Shown here piece after piece: positions 15,066-33,918 of a stretch of DNA of 64,000 nucleotides; position 1 is the stretch's first letter, and each line of letters starts with the position of its first letter. Below the pieces are notes generated by a model, which had not been told where the DNA came from, searched no databases, and worked only from the letters and a program-made list of their open reading frames with translations. Made by a program: the position numbers and the translations under genes. Source of the stretch: the human T2T-CHM13v2.0 reference genome, Homo sapiens; the NCBI RefSeq assembly GCF_009914755.1, contig NC_060931.1. One strand, given 5' to 3'.

Positions 15066-15474
15066 AAGACTGCATCTCAAAAAAAAAAAAAAAAAAAAAA
15101 AAGTTTACTGAAGGAATGGACTCCACAGGATATCTAGATCTAAATGGAATCATTTTTCTCTGACAATAAAAGCTTTTTTGGTACATTTGTAAAGAGTGGC
15201 CCAGACAGGGAAAGAAAGAGCTCTGGCCTCCTGACAAGCTTGCTCAGATGGTCAAGCCTCATGCACTCGCCACCATCTGTAGAAGTACATCCTAGCCAGC
15301 TGTTCTGTTAACACATACTATAAAAGGCAAGGGCTCTGGGCTCTGCCATCAACTCAGTGTGGAGCCGCAGACACGTCTCCAAGGCCCTCTGTGGCTGCAT
15401 TTCCTCCAATGGTTGTGAGCCACAGGGACTTGGTTACTAACAGTAGTTAAGATCCTGGGATTTGTAATATCTAC

Positions 15475-15790
15475 TTTTATTTATTTTATTTTATTTTATT
15501 TTTTGAGACTGAGTCTCGCTCTGTCACCCAGGCTGGAGTGCAGTGGTGCGATCTTGGCTCACTGCAGCCTCTGTCTCCTGGGTTCAAGTGATTCTCATGC
15601 CTCAGCCTCCTGACTATCTGCGATTACAGGTGTTGCGCCACCACACCCAGTTAATTTTTTTTTGTATTTTAGTAGAGATGGGGTTTCACCATGTTGGCCA
15701 GGATGGTCTCAAACTCCTGACCTCAGGTGATCTGTCCACCTTGGCCTCTTAATGTGTTGGGATCACAGGTGTGAGCCACTGCGCCTGGCC
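15475..15790 (-). mobile_element. AluS element
   Basis: TSD atctactttta. Confidence 0.95.
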
Positions 15791-16067
15791 GATCTACTTT
15801 TAAAAAATTATATTTGAGAAGATTTTAGATTATTCCAAAAATAATGTCACTTTAACTTATTTAGATATTCTTACTTGTGTAGGAGAGAAAAGGATGAGTT
15901 TACAGTGAGGAATTATGTGTAACCCTGGACTCCCAGGTGGGAGTAAGGGGCTTACATGATCATTGTCCTTCATTCAAAAGTGCAGAAAAAGGTGGGAATC
16001 GCTGCTCTGCAGTGTCTGATGGGGCATCATGTTTTTATTTACTCGTTTTTTTAGAGACCAAATTAGA

Positions 16068-16440
<373 letters not shown>

Positions 16441-17082
16441 TTAACTTCTTCCATAACTCAATAATGATCTTTCTTTAGTTACTGTTTTTATCAGATAACA
16501 CATTTGCATTATTTGAAAAGTAAAATAATCTTTAAAATCTTAAAGCAAGCAATTCCTTCCCCACTATTCCCCCCCTTGATTTTCAGAAGCAGCCTCTTTT
16601 TAGCTTTCACCAGCTTCTCCAGTTTTCTCCGTTGCATTTATTATCTGTTGTCTTCCTTCTTTGGGAAACAAGGATTTAGCTATCACATATCTTCTCTTCC
16701 CCATCCTCCTAATTTGCTTGTGTTGCAATTTCTGGTTTAATCAGTAGCCAGTGTTTATTCTGACAATGCAGCCATTATTCACAGCTGAGCTGCGGAGTGT
16801 AACATGATTATATTTCCTATCTGGTACAAACTTTTTCTTGTTTTCCCTGAAGATAAATATTGCCTTATTTTCTATTTGTTCAACTGTCTATGTACCTATT
16901 GCTAATTCTTCTCCAGACTCTACTGGAAATGTGAATCTTTGCTCACTGTATTTAGACATAGCAGGTTGTCCTGGTTTCATGTGTTTTTCTAGGAGGCATC
17001 CTCAAGTCCTCCATCCCTATCCTCCTGCTCCCAACTCTGCTCTCTTCCCATTTCCTGGGCTTCAAGGCTTCCTCTTTATTTA

Positions 17083-17476
<394 letters not shown>

Positions 17477-17976
17477 TTACATTTCTGAAAGTGTCTCTAT
17501 TCTTCATTCACACTTGCATGTTAGCTTTGAATTCATCATATTCCAGCTTCTAGCGTTGTGCTTGAGAAGAGCAAAGCTATTGCCATTTCTGATCTGTAGT
17601 ACATAACCTGCTATTTTTTTTTTTATCCTGGAAGCTTTTTAGATCTTATTCATAGTTGTTCTGAAATTTCACAATGTTGTGCCTTGGTAGGGGATTTTTT
17701 TTCCATTCATTGCCTTGGATACTCGGGTAGGCCCTTTCAATCTAGAAACATATGGTCTTCCATTTTAGAATTTTTTTTCTTGAATTACTGTTATTTTTTA
17801 AAACATTATTTCCTCCTTTCCATTTTCTGTATTCTCTCTTTATGGAACTCCAATTACTCAAATGTCAGACTTCCTAAATTGATGTAGAAGGTCTCTGATT
17901 TTCTAACTGTCTTTCTCCTATTTTCTGACCCTTTTTTCCTACTTTCTGTGATTTTTTTTTCAACTTTACCTTCTGA

Positions 17977-18281
<305 letters not shown>

Positions 18282-18295
18282 GTCTTGAATTTTTA

Positions 18296-18793
<498 letters not shown>

Positions 18794-19039
18794 TCAGTTT
18801 CCTATGGGAGTTCTCTGAACTCCCTCCCCATAGTTATAAATGTGTCTGCCAGTGTCTAGGAGTCAAATATGAGGACAGCACGGGTTGGTACATTGACTTT
18901 CATTTCATCCCCCTTCTTTGATACTCATCTTCCACCTTCAGTTGTTCCTAAGTCCAAAGTTCCTCTAACTCAAACTCCCCATACAATAAGTGGTCCGTCT
19001 CTGATGAAGGCTGAGAGAAAGTAGTAGCTTGTTGCATAG

Positions 19040-19591
<552 letters not shown>

Positions 19592-20026
19592 AAGAAAACT
19601 TTTAATCAGTGCTCTAGTTTTCAGCCGCAGCCATGCCTTTTCAGAAGTATCTGGTACCTCCAATTCCTAAGCCTTTGGGGTGTTTCAGAGGCATGGATTG
19701 GCTTGTTTTCTTGGCTTCCCCATTTTGAGACCCTTTACTCTGGTGTGTGAGGTTCATTATCTCTCAAATTTCCAGCTTAAAAATCTTTTTGATCCTTCTC
19801 TTTGCTCTTACCTCTCTTATGGACTTATGCTTTTCAAAAAAAGTCTCTTGCCTCACATTTTAGTGGGGTTTTGGGAGGAGGCCCAGGAGTATGCACATGT
19901 TCAACCGGCTATGTTTAATGGGAAGTCCTCCGAGCCCACAGAGTTTTCAACTCTCGTTTTATTGAACTAGGCCTCCTCATATAAACCTATGTCCAGTTTT
20001 AAAATGGAAGTCAAGTAAAAATGTGA

Positions 20027-20360
<334 letters not shown>

Positions 20361-21693
20361 TAAGAACAGCTTTTAGAGATGCTTTTGGCCTATGTGGCTA
20401 GATATGAATTCTCACTCTGAGTATAATTGTCTGACTGTCATGTGTTGACTGTGTACACACAGCTCAAACCCAGAGTCCAGCCTTGTCTCTTCTGATGAAA
20501 TACCAGTGCCCACAAACAGAAGGTTCCCCTTCTCTCACCCATGAATAAACAGGAAGGTCTCTTGGAGCTGTGGTCTTGGGGCTGTAGCCCTGCCCCTAAT
20601 TTCCTCAGACCCTTTACTGAGAACTGAGTCATTGCAACATCATGCTCAGCCAGCTGTCTCAGCACAAGAAAAAGCTTTGCTGTGGTATGAGGTTTTGTGG
20701 GCTGCAGACTACATCTAGGTCAGCAAATTAAACTCCATAGTGTGGTTACCAATTCCAGCTTCATCTAGCTTAAGGGCTGTCTGATTTCACCCTCTGGGCA
20801 TTGGCTCTTCTGGTGTTTGGGATATAAGGCCCCTCTGTGGGTGTTTAAGGCACAATATTTCAGGCCTAAACCACCGAATGACACATGCCTAAACCCAGAA
20901 TCCTGTATTCTCCACCAGGACTCCAGGGTATGTGAGGGTAACAATAGTCCAACCCTGCAGATAATGAGATTTGTGTGTGTGTTAGAACAAAGGGGAAAGG
21001 TGGGGATGTATTTCTTTGATGCTCAGTTTCATCTACCACTTGTATTTCTCTCCTGCCCTTCTTTGACCCTAACATGATCCAAACCCTTCTTTCTTGCTTC
21101 TCTTTTATGGAAGTTTTGAAGAATGGATGGTTACATAACAGATGGCCAGCTGGTCTACCTAGAAGGGCCTTACAAAGGACAGTGCCTCCGTGGGGAAGGC
21201 TCACCCTGGATCAGACGCCGGATTGCAGATTTACCATGAATGAAGCCCTTGGAGACTGAATCATGTTAAAAATTCAAAAACAACTCAGTAAATATTTATT
21301 TGAAGTCCTGCTGTTCTTCAAGGCCCTGGAATGCAGATATGAGAAGAGTCACTGCTGCCCAAGAGCTGACTGACTGTGGAGGAAGACCATGCTAGCAGGT
21401 GGCTACGTTTTCTACCACCTAGCACCTGCTCCCCCTTCTCCTGGTAATGGTATCTGCAAATAATCTCCTCAGTCTGTGTGCTTTCAGTGGAACTGAATCT
21501 ACCCCTGGTTCAAGAGCTCAGGTACAGCCTCTGGCCTGGCTGCAGTGATTAGTTTAGAGATGGACTTGTAACCTCATCAAAGCCCGATATTGTTCAGGGT
21601 AACATACTAGATATATTTTGCTAGGATTGCCAATAATCATTTATTTAAGCTCCTTAGATGAGGTTTCCTGTCATTTGCAACTGAAAAAGCTCT

Positions 21694-22443
21694 GTGTAGC
21701 AGGTTGAATAGTGTTCACCCCCTGCCCAAAAAATACACTCACATCCACCCAGAACTTTGGAACTTTAGAATATGATCTTATTTATTTATTTATTTATTTG
21801 AGACAGAGACTCACTCTGTCGCCAGGCTAGAGTGCAGTGGCATGATCTCAGCTCACTGCAACCTCAGCCTCCCAAGAAGCTGGGACTACAGGTATGTGCC
21901 ACCACGCCCAGCTAATTTTTGTATTTTTAGTAGAGACGGGGTTTCACCATGTTGGCCAGGATGGTCTATCTCTTGACCTCATGATCTGCCCACCTCAACC
22001 TCCCAAAGTGCTGGGATTACAGGTGTGAGCGACGGTGCCTGGCCTGATCTTATTTTTAAAAGAGCCTTTACAGATGTAATTAGTTAAGGATCTTGAGATG
22101 CAATCATTATGGATGTAAATTTAGGTGGGCCCTAAATCTAACAATTGGTGTCCTTATATGATGAGGAGATATCACAGACGCAAAGACACAGGGCATATGA
22201 CCATGTGAAGAGGAAGGCAGAGGGTAGGGCGATGCTGCCGTAAGACAAGGATGCCTGGGCCACCAGAGGCTAGGAAGGGGCAAGGAAGGCCCTCCCCCTT
22301 AGAGCCTTCAGGGGGAGCATAGCTCTCCTGACACTTTGATTTCCAACTTCTAGCCTCCAGAATGGTGAGAGAGAATTTTCCACTGTTTTTAAGCCAACCA
22401 GCTTGTGACACTTGGTTAATGGCAGCCCTAGGAAACAAGTGCA
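21694..22443 (+). mobile_element. MLT1C/B-type MaLR LTR interrupted by an antisense Alu (21778-22044)
   Basis: ggttgaatagtg...cagatgtaattagttaaggatcttgagatg...ggcagccctaggaaac; Alu TSD tgatcttattt. Confidence 0.8.
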
Positions 22444-22546
22444 CTCTAACATGTGAAATCACTCAACAGATATTTATTGGTTCCTAATAATGTGTCTGAA
22501 AAGGACTTAGTATAAAATCCAAAGAAGAGGGACATGGAGGCTGTAG

Positions 22547-22990
<444 letters not shown>

Positions 22991-23054
22991 TAATTTATGG
23001 ATGTCCTTCCTCAGTAAGGACATGAGCTCTGCTTGATATAAATTGAAAATATTC

Positions 23055-23390
<336 letters not shown>

Positions 23391-23413
23391 TTATAGTGAT
23401 TTTTGCCCTGCAG

Positions 23414-24028
<615 letters not shown>

Positions 24029-24405
24029 CCAATTTCTGTTTTTTACATAGTCAAATTTATCAACATTTTTTATGGCTTATGGGTTTTGTTTTGGTTTTCT
24101 GAACTCTCTGCTCCTGTTCTTTTATCTAGTACTCCATATTCTGGAGTAAGGCAGAGTCCTTTCATATTTACCTGTATTTCCCTTACACTGCATTTCGGTC
24201 ACCTTTATTGGTTTCCCAAAAACCAGCACCAGTAATAATAGCTACCAACCATTGTGTCTAGGCATTGTACTACTCATTGAGTATCAATGAGTATAAAGAG
24301 CTTTATATTCAGTATCTTTCATCTTCTCAGTAGCTCTGCAAGGTAGATGATATTCTGTCCATTTTACAGATGAGGAAAGTATGGCCCAAAGAAGTTACAT
24401 AAGTG

Positions 24406-24530
24406 GCCAGGCACAGTGGCTCATGCCTGTAAACCCAGCACTTTGGGAGGCCAAGGTGGAAGGACCACTTGAGCCCAAGAGTTGGAGACCTGCCTGAGTA
24501 ACATTGTGAGACCCTGTCTCTATTTTATAA
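24406..24530 (+). mobile_element. Alu left monomer/FLAM after a MIR (24230-24400), followed by (TA)n at 24548-24590
   Basis: Monomer ends gaccctgtctcta; MIR core attttacagatgaggaaa. Confidence 0.8.
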
Positions 24531-24827
24531 AAGTTTATTTTAAAATTTATATATATATATATATAATTTGTATATATATATATATATATTCACATTGACT
24601 TTTAAAAGAAACTATGTTAGTGGTTTTGAAAAATATTCCACATTCTGGATTTTTCTGATTGTTTTCTTGTAGTGCCATTTAACTTGTCCCTCTATGTCTT
24701 TATTTCCTCTAAACAGGTTTCTCAACAGGGGTCCCTCATGTGAACTACAGAATATAGAAAGATTGAATGACTAATTATACTAGAACCATTCAAGATGCAT
24801 AGGAGAGAACTCAGTTTGTTACACACA

Positions 24828-25450
24828 GGAGATTCCTTAAAGAACTAAAAGTAGGACTATCATTAGATCCAGCAATCCCACTACTGGGTATCTACCCAGA
24901 GGAAAAGAAGTCATTATACGAAAAAGATACTTTCACATGCATGTTTATAGCAGCACAATTTGCAATTGCAAAAATGTGGAACTAACTCAAATGCCCATTA
25001 ATCAATGAGTAGATAAAGAAACTGTGGTATATCTATACAATGGAATACTACTCAGCCATTAAAAGGAAAGAATTAATGGCATTTACAACGACCTGGATGA
25101 GATTGGAGACTATTATTCTAAGTGATATAACTCAGGAATGGAAAATCAAACATCGTATTTTCTCACTCATAAGTGGGAGCTAAGCTATGAGGATGCAAAG
25201 GCATAAGAATGACACAATGGATTTGGGGGACTCAGGGAAAGAGTAGGAAGGGGGTGAAGGATAAAAGACTACAAATTGGGTGCATTGTGTACTGCTTGGG
25301 TTATGTGTGCACCAAAATCTCACAAATCACCACTACAGGACTTACTCATGTAACCAAACACCACCTGTTCTCCAATAACCTATAGAAACAAAAAATTTAA
25401 AACAAAGAAAAACTTTCTAATAACCACATTTAAAAAGTAAAAAGAAAAAA
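24828..25450 (+). mobile_element. L1PB1-type 5'-truncated LINE-1 3' end
   Basis: ORF2 end and 3'UTR (gagctaagctatgaggatgcaaaggcataagaatga); TSD ttgttacacaca at 24816-24827 and 25452-25463. Confidence 0.88.
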
Positions 25451-25471
25451 ATTGTTACACACAAAGGATGC

Positions 25472-25877
25472 AGTGATGGTTAATTTTATGTGTCAACATT
25501 AATTTAATTAAAGTTAATGTCAAACATTATTCAGGATATGTCTTTGAGGGTGTTTCTGGGTGACAATGACATTTAAATCTGTAGACTGATTAAAGCAGAC
25601 ACCCTCCCTAATTAATGATGGGGGAGCCTCAACCGGTCAGTTGATGGCCTGAATAGGACAAAAGGGCTGACCCTCCTGAGAGTAAGAGTGAATTTCTCCT
25701 GCCTGAGTCAGACTGGAACTACACCATTGGCTCTTCTGGGTCTCCAGCTTGCCAACTGCAGATCTTGGGACTTCTCAGCCTCCATAATCACATGAACCAA
25801 TTCCTTAAAATAAATCTCTTTCTCTCTATATACATACATCCTATTAGTTCTGTTTCTCTGAAGAAATGATTAATACA
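25472..25877 (+). mobile_element. MLT2-type ERVL LTR
   Basis: gtgatggttaattttatgtgtcaac...tctccagcttgccaactgcagatcttgggacttctcagcctccataatc...taataca. Confidence 0.8.
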
Positions 25878-25940
25878 GATGTCTTGGGGCATCAGGCTTT
25901 ATTTCTCTCCCAGACCATGACTGAGAAATTAAGGTGATCA

Positions 25941-26250
25941 GGCCGGGTACAGTGGCTCACACCTGTAATACCAGCACTTTGGGAGGCCATGGCAGGCAGA
26001 TCACTTGAGGCCAGGAGTTCGAGACCAGCCTGGCCAACCTGGTGAAACTCCGGCTCTACTAAAAATACAGAATTAGCCGGGTGTGGTGGCAGACGCTTGT
26101 AGTCCCAGCTACTCGGGAAGCTGAGGCAGGAGAATCCCTTGAGCCCCGGAGGTGGAGAGGTGGAGGCTGCAGTGAGCCGAGATTGCACCCCTGCACTCCA
26201 GCCTGGGCGACAGAGTGAGACTCTGTCTCAAAAAAAAAAAAAAAAAAAGG
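25941..26250 (+). mobile_element. AluS element
   Basis: Full-length; small gaggtgga duplication near 26150. Confidence 0.93.
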
Positions 26251-26587
26251 AAGAAAGAGATTAAGGTCAACATTATTTGGGGCAGGAACATTTCACATTG
26301 CATGACACCGGGAATCCCCATAATGTCTTGTAGACCCTCTGTTAATGATGCTAAATTTAGTCACTTGATTGTAGATTTTTATTTCATAAAGTAACTATTT
26401 TCCTCTGTGAATTAGCAAGTAATTTTGCAGGGCGATATTTTGGCACCATGCAAATACCCTCTGTCTCAGCTACTTTTCACCTAATGGTCTTGCTACTCAC
26501 TGAGGATCCCTGCCTGAATCAATTATTTCATTGCTTGCCCTCCCAGCAACTGAAACTTAAAAAAGCTTAGCCCTCATAAGGCTATAG

Positions 26588-26938
<351 letters not shown>

Positions 26939-28687
26939 TAGCACATGAATAGCTTAATATATAATAACTAATATATGCAGTAGAACAAAGCTAAATCTCT
27001 TCCCCTTAGAAGCTTTCTCTTTCCTACACATTCTCTAACCTAACCTCTCAGTCTGTGGAGAGCAGTCCTGGCTGGAAGGTTCCCTGGTGCCAGGAGAACA
27101 CTTGTTATCCTTGGTTGTGGTGCCCAAAAGCAAGGATCAGAACCATTTGCAGGTGGGAGAGGAAGTCCCAAGGTGAAATCAAACAAACTAAATAAATATA
27201 TCTGAAATCGTAGCCGACTATGTTGAAGAAAATACCTGATGCTGAGGCTAAGATCCCAGCAGGTATCAGAGAATCAGGGAAGGCAAGATGGAGAACACCT
27301 GGCAGGTTCTAGGAAAAGACTTGGAGGAGGGGCTTCTCTGTTCTCCTAGCAAATGCTTTTTGGAGTGGAGTGAGGTCAGGGAGAAGGGACAAGGGGCTGT
27401 CCCATGGGCCAGGTTTATTGGAAGGAGTGGGAGAAACCAAATGATGCCTGAGGGTCCAGTATCTAGGAGTGGAACAGGTTAAGGTCACACCAAGCTCCAG
27501 TCAAGCAGAGAGGAGGGTTGAGGTTGGAAGCCAGGGAAGGTCATCATTTCTCACAGCAGGTAGGAGGAACTGGGCAAGAACAGGGGAGAACCACTGGAGG
27601 TACCCACAGAGCCAAGCAGTGCACAAGGAGGGAAACCCAGGAGTATCCGGGAAAGCCCAGCTTCTGCGCGCAGGTCAGGAAGGAGGCAGGGCTGCTACAG
27701 GGGTTCCCAAGAGGGTCAGGGCCCCCAACACTCCATCCCACCTCTCCCCCGCTGCCCACACCAACACTGGGAGCTGCAGGAACTCAGGGAGTGCATTTGC
27801 TGCAGCTTGTGAGAATAAGGGCAGCAGAGCCTGACTCTGCTCTCAGGTATCCCACTTCACTCGTTCCCCTGCAAGGGCCACTCTCCTGGCCTCCTAGTAA
27901 GGGCGGTCGGAGCCTCCTGCAGCGTTTCCCCATTACCTTAGCGTTTCAGCACCTGGAAGAGATCAGCATCGCTGGCAAAGCTGCAGAGCTCATTGTGCAC
28001 TTCCTCTTCAATCTGAGTTGTAAAACTATATATATATATTGAATGAGATCAGTTCCAGCACTTTCCCTAGAGATCCACGTAAAATCGACAGAGAAGTGTC
28101 CATCACTACCCTGGGGTTTCCTGTTTTGAACCTGACCTGTTCTTGGCAGACACTCCACCCTCGTCTCATCACACTGAAAGGCTTGGACAGACTTAACCCT
28201 CTTGCTTCCTCCTCTCTCCTGTCCTGTTCCCTGCCCTGGACAAATGGGTCAGACTCAGTCCTCTGGGGACAGGTGAGGCAGGAGAGGTGGCCAAGCCACT
28301 TTTTAGCCACACCCCTTGCTTTGGTCTCTGTAATATCCCCCCCCCCGCCCTTTTCTTTACTAGGTGACATTTCATGCAAGGCAGGAGACTATCCCCTTTA
28401 TTTTGGGGGTGGAGCAAAAATGCAGGCCATCTGGACAAAAGCTTTCCCTGGTGTTTTCAGAAACAGGGAAATCCTGAATGTGGGCTGTGGATTACAAAGA
28501 GCTATCAGATCAAGTTCAGAAGTAAACACTTGGCCCGGCCTGGACTATTCAGGAAAACAATGGGAGAAAAGGGTCATTGAATGGGAGGTGGATAATAAAG
28601 CTCTATAACTGCCTCTAGAACACTGGCTAGGGGGTTATACATTCGTTTTTCTCTGCATCGTTAAGTCATGACTCTATCCTGACCACA

Positions 28688-29472
28688 GGCTATAGACTGA
28701 CTTGTGTTCCTCCAAAATTCATATGTTGAAGCCTGTATTATCTGTTCTTGCACTGCTATGGAGAAATACCTGAGACTAGGTAATTTATAAAGAAAAGAGG
28801 TTTAATTGGCTCGCAGTTCCCCAGGCTATACAGGAAGCATGGCAGCTTCCACTTCTGGGGAGGCCTCAGGAAGCTTCCAATCATGGCGGAAGTCAAAGAG
28901 GAAGCCAGCACTTCACATGGCTGGTGCAGGAGGAAGAAAGAGAGGGGGATATTCATGAGAACTCACTATCCCGACGACAGCACCAAAGGAGATGGTGCTA
29001 AACCATTCATGAGAAACCACCCCCGTGATCCAGTCACCTCCCACCAGGTCCTGCCTCCAACGTTGAGGATTATACTTTGACAGTATATTTAGGGGTGGAC
29101 ACAGATCCAAACTGTTTCAAAGCCCTAACCCCCGATGTGACTGTATTTGGAGACAGGATCTAAAGGAGCTAACAAAGGTTAGATGAGGTCAGAATAATGG
29201 GACCCTGATCTGATAGGATTAGTGTTCTCATAAGAAGAGACACCAGAGAGTGCTGACTCTCTCCACTCCTCTCTCTTTCTCTCTCTCTCTCTGCCATGTG
29301 GGGACACAGCAAGAAGGCAGCTGTCTACAAGCCAGGAAGAAAACAAACCACAAACTGAACTGGCTGGCATCTTGATCTTGGACCTCCCAGCCTCCAAAAC
29401 TGTGAGAAATTTCTGCTGTTTAAGCCACCAGGTCTGTGTATTTTGTTAGGGCAGCCCACATAGCCTAAGATA
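28688..29472 (+). mobile_element. MLT1A-type MaLR LTR, host of an MSTA
   Basis: ccaaaattcatatgttgaagcc|ctaaccccc...; 5-bp TSD ccaca at 28683-28687 and 29473-29477. Confidence 0.85.
28734..29119 (-). mobile_element. MSTA solo LTR
   Basis: tgtatta...gaaatacctgagact...acacagatccaaac; TSD aagcc at 28729-28733 and 29120-29124. Confidence 0.88.
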
Positions 29473-29494
29473 CCACATAAGAATATATGGGTGG

Positions 29495-30441
<947 letters not shown>

Positions 30442-30689
30442 CTAAAGTCCACTTGTAACCAAACTGCTTCAGGTCACGGGTCATAATTCCACGCGCCTCC
30501 AGTTGCCAATACAGGTATCCCTCACTTTAAGGAAGCTTCTTCACTAAATCCTAATGATGAACATTGCTAGCCAGCAACCCTCCCCAGCTTCTGAGGCACA
30601 GACCCCGGCCCCTGACTACAGGGTGTACACATGATCCCAAGATACCTGATACCATTAAATGGTTGCAACGAAAAAAACAGGCATAGCAA

Positions 30690-31270
30690 GACCACTGGGT
30701 GTCTACTCCAATATTCATTTGCATCCTATTCCTTTTTCACAGAACTCCGATTTTTTTTTTATCATGGTAAAATTCACACATAACAAAATTCACTATTTTA
30801 ACCCATTTAAAGCATTCAGCATTTAGTGTATTCACAAGGCTGTGCAACCACCACCTCTGTCTAGCTTCAGAACTTGTCACCCATAGAACCTTGATTTTAT
30901 TATTTAAGACTTAATTTCTCAATCCCCCTTGCAGCCAGGTATAGCTTTGTGATTAGGCTTGTGATTAAGTAGGAGTGTTCCTCGTACTTCCGCTTACGTT
31001 TTACTGGCTAGAAAGCTCCTTGCAAGGAAGTGGTCACCCTTTCATCCTCTCCTGTTTCGTCTGTTGACAAAGAGACGTGATGATGGGGTTTCTGGCAGCC
31101 CTTGTGGACTATGAAGTAAGTATTTGTAAGGCTGAGGACAGCAGGATGGAAAGAAAGGAACCGAGGTCCCCATAACATATGGAGCCAGCTCTGGATTTCT
31201 TTTACATGAGAAATAAAGAAACTACTTGTTTAAGCCATTGGTATTTGGGGAGTTTTCTATCCTATGCAGC
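30690..31270 (+). mobile_element. Old MLT1 (I/J-like) LTR remnant with a small L1M piece
   Basis: catgagaaataaa...ttgtttaagccattggtatttgggg 3' end. Confidence 0.5.
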
Positions 31271-31759
31271 TAGACCCCATTCCAACTTCATCAAGGAGGA
31301 TAGCCATCTTTAAAAATGACCCCTTCAGGATTCCTTGAAATATCAGGCTCCAGTGGTTGGTCCATGGGTTGGATTGGGGAGCTGGCTAGGTTGGGTCTCA
31401 CACTCAGTGTAATCAGTTCAGGCATCAGATCAGTTCATGTTCGGTGGGATCAGATGGCACGTGGATGATCCTCCTAGACTTGAGCCCAGGGACCCTCTGA
31501 ACACACTGGCTCCAGGACAGCCGGCGGCCTAACGGGGCAATGAGGCACCTAGTCTAAGACATGAGCCCAGCCATGTTTGGGGTAGGAACTGGCAAATATT
31601 GGGTGCTGGGGGTCAATCTGTTCCTAACAAGGAGATGACTCTATTGATCCCTGCAACAGAACATTGCTGGGTCCCACAGGGCCTGACCCACCAGCCTTAG
31701 GGCCCCCCTTACCCCCGGCTCTCAGGAGGTAAAATCCTAACAGCTATCATGTTTTGGAA

Positions 31760-31930
31760 ACCTATTATGTTAAGGTATTTTTCTGCTTTACATGTAACGT
31801 CATGTCATCCTGGCAACAATTCTGTAAGGAGATCCATTTTACAGATGAGGAATGAAGCTCATAGAAATTTAATAGCTTGCCCACAGTCATACAACTTGGG
31901 TGTGGCAGAGATGGCTTTGAACACAGGTCG
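31760..31930 (-). mobile_element. MIR
   Basis: ccattttacagatgaggaatgaagctc. Confidence 0.7.
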
Positions 31931-32944
31931 GTCTCCTCTACATTTTTGTCTCTTCCCCCTCCATCCGGCTGCCTCCTTCCTCCCACACAGAAACCAAGGT
32001 CAACTGCTAGGGAATGACAGTGATGCCAGGAGGCCTGGAGCTCATGCAAATAACCAGGGAGTCCTGCTCGGGGAGGTTCCCCTTCTTCTTCTGCTATACC
32101 CAGGCTACAAGAACTCCAGGGGGTCCCTTAAGCAATCAAAGCAGCAAAACAGCACTTGGTCCTTGTCCCAGTTACCTATTGCTGTGTCGCAAACCACCCC
32201 AGAATGAAGTGGCTTACAACAGCCGCTGTTTTATTTCGCTCCCAGCTCTGGGCTCCACTGGGTCGTTTTCTGCTGGCCTTGCTGGTGTTCGCCCATGGGC
32301 TGGCATTCATCTGGGGCCTGGCTCAGCTGGAGGGAAGCTGAAATGCTGGATGGGCCTTTCTAGCACTTTCTCTAGGAGGCTAGCCAGACTCCTTTCCAGG
32401 CAATGCAGGGGTCCCAAGACTGTGAAAGCAGAATGGGACCCCGTCCTAACTTAAACAGGGGTGCAGGAGGGGGACTGCCACTTAAAAAAACAATTCCTTC
32501 TGGATGTTCTTCAGCTGCTTGTCTAGGGGCCTAATGGAGAAGCTGGCCTCCTTGGGGTTTCACCCTGTGTGGTCAGTATAGGTGTTCTGAAGGAGGAGCT
32601 CCTGCTGCCACACTGCTGATTAAAGCCGGTCATCAGCCCAGTCCAGATTCACAGAAGCGTGTGACTCCCAGGACATGTGGCTTCTTGGAGAGCACCAAGG
32701 TTCCCAGTCCTACCCATGATCTAGGTGACGTTTCATACAAGATGAATGTCTTTTGTGTTGTTGCTGCTGGAGATCAGTCTCCGGTCTCATTGGTTGGGTG
32801 GATTTCCATTTGGTGTGATCCTTCTGACGTTACCTATTGTCTGTCTCCTAGTGACCACTAGAGCCCCCTCCCATGGCTGCTGGGCCCACCCCTCAGTGCC
32901 ATGTGCATGTCCACCCTCAGTTACATATGGCACCCTGGGTTGGC

Positions 32945-33085
32945 TCCTATAATCCTCACAACAATGTTATGAGGTCGGAACTATCATCTCCTTTTCAGCG
33001 ATGAGGAAGCTGAAGCATAGAGCTATTGAGCGATTTGCCCAGGTAGTGGCTTCAGACTTTGCGCCCTTAACCACTAAGCTCTACG
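32945..33085 (-). mobile_element. MIR
   Basis: aatcctcacaac...gatgaggaagctgaagc...cccttaaccacta. Confidence 0.7.
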
Positions 33086-33321
33086 GTCTGGTGCTGTCAC
33101 ACTGGGCATGATGGAAACCCTAAAGATACAAGGGTGGAAGGGAAGGAAGAAGCCTGGGTCTCTTCCAGGCATGTGCATAGTATAAAAGGCACCAGGTCAG
33201 GGCTGGGAAAGAGGAAAGTCAGATCAGGCACACTCCAAACCCAGAAGGTAGCAAAATGAGGGAGTGTTGGGAGAAAACACAGGGCTGTCACCTGAATTGC
33301 GGGTGGCACTATAGAACTGGA

Positions 33322-33918
33322 TTTTTATTTTTATTTTTTATTGAGACAGGGTCTTGCTCCATCACCCAAGCTGGAGTGCAGTGGTACGATCTTGGCTTGC
33401 TGCACCCTTGACCTCCCAGGCAGATGAGCCTCAGCCTCCCAAGTAGCTGGGACCACAGGTGTGCACCACCATGCCCAGCTAACTTTTGTATTTTTTGTAG
33501 AGACGGGGTTTCGCCATGTTCCCCAGGCTGGTCTCAAACTTCTGGCTCAAGGGATCCACTCGCCTTCACCTCTCAAAGTGCTGGGATTATAGGCATGAGC
33601 CACTGCATCCGGCCTGAACTGGATTTTTTTTTTTTTTTTTTTTTGAGACGCAGTTTTGTTCTTGTTGCCCAGGCTGGAGTGCAATGGTGCAGCGACTGCA
33701 ACCTCCGCCTCCTGGGTTCAAGCGATTCTCCTGCCTCAGGCTCCCAAGTAGCTGGGATTACAGGCGCCCACCACCACGCCTGGCTAATTTTTGTATTTTT
33801 AGTAGAGATGGGGTTTCACCATGTTGGCCAGGCTGGTCTCGAACTCCTGACTTCATGATCCGCCCTCCTCAGCCTCCCAAAGTGTTAGGATTATGGGCGC
33901 AAGCCACTGCACCGGGCC
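33322..33918 (-). mobile_element. Two antisense Alus (AluJ 33322-33614, AluS 33624-33918) at one target site
   Basis: gaactggattt occurs three times (about 33314, 33616, 33921). Confidence 0.93.

Noticed and set aside
27469-28608. Long ORFs of 121, 174 and 189 aa in unique sequence
   Set aside because: No recognisable domain, the listed starts are GTG/TTG, and no convincing exon structure; a lncRNA exon cannot be excluded.
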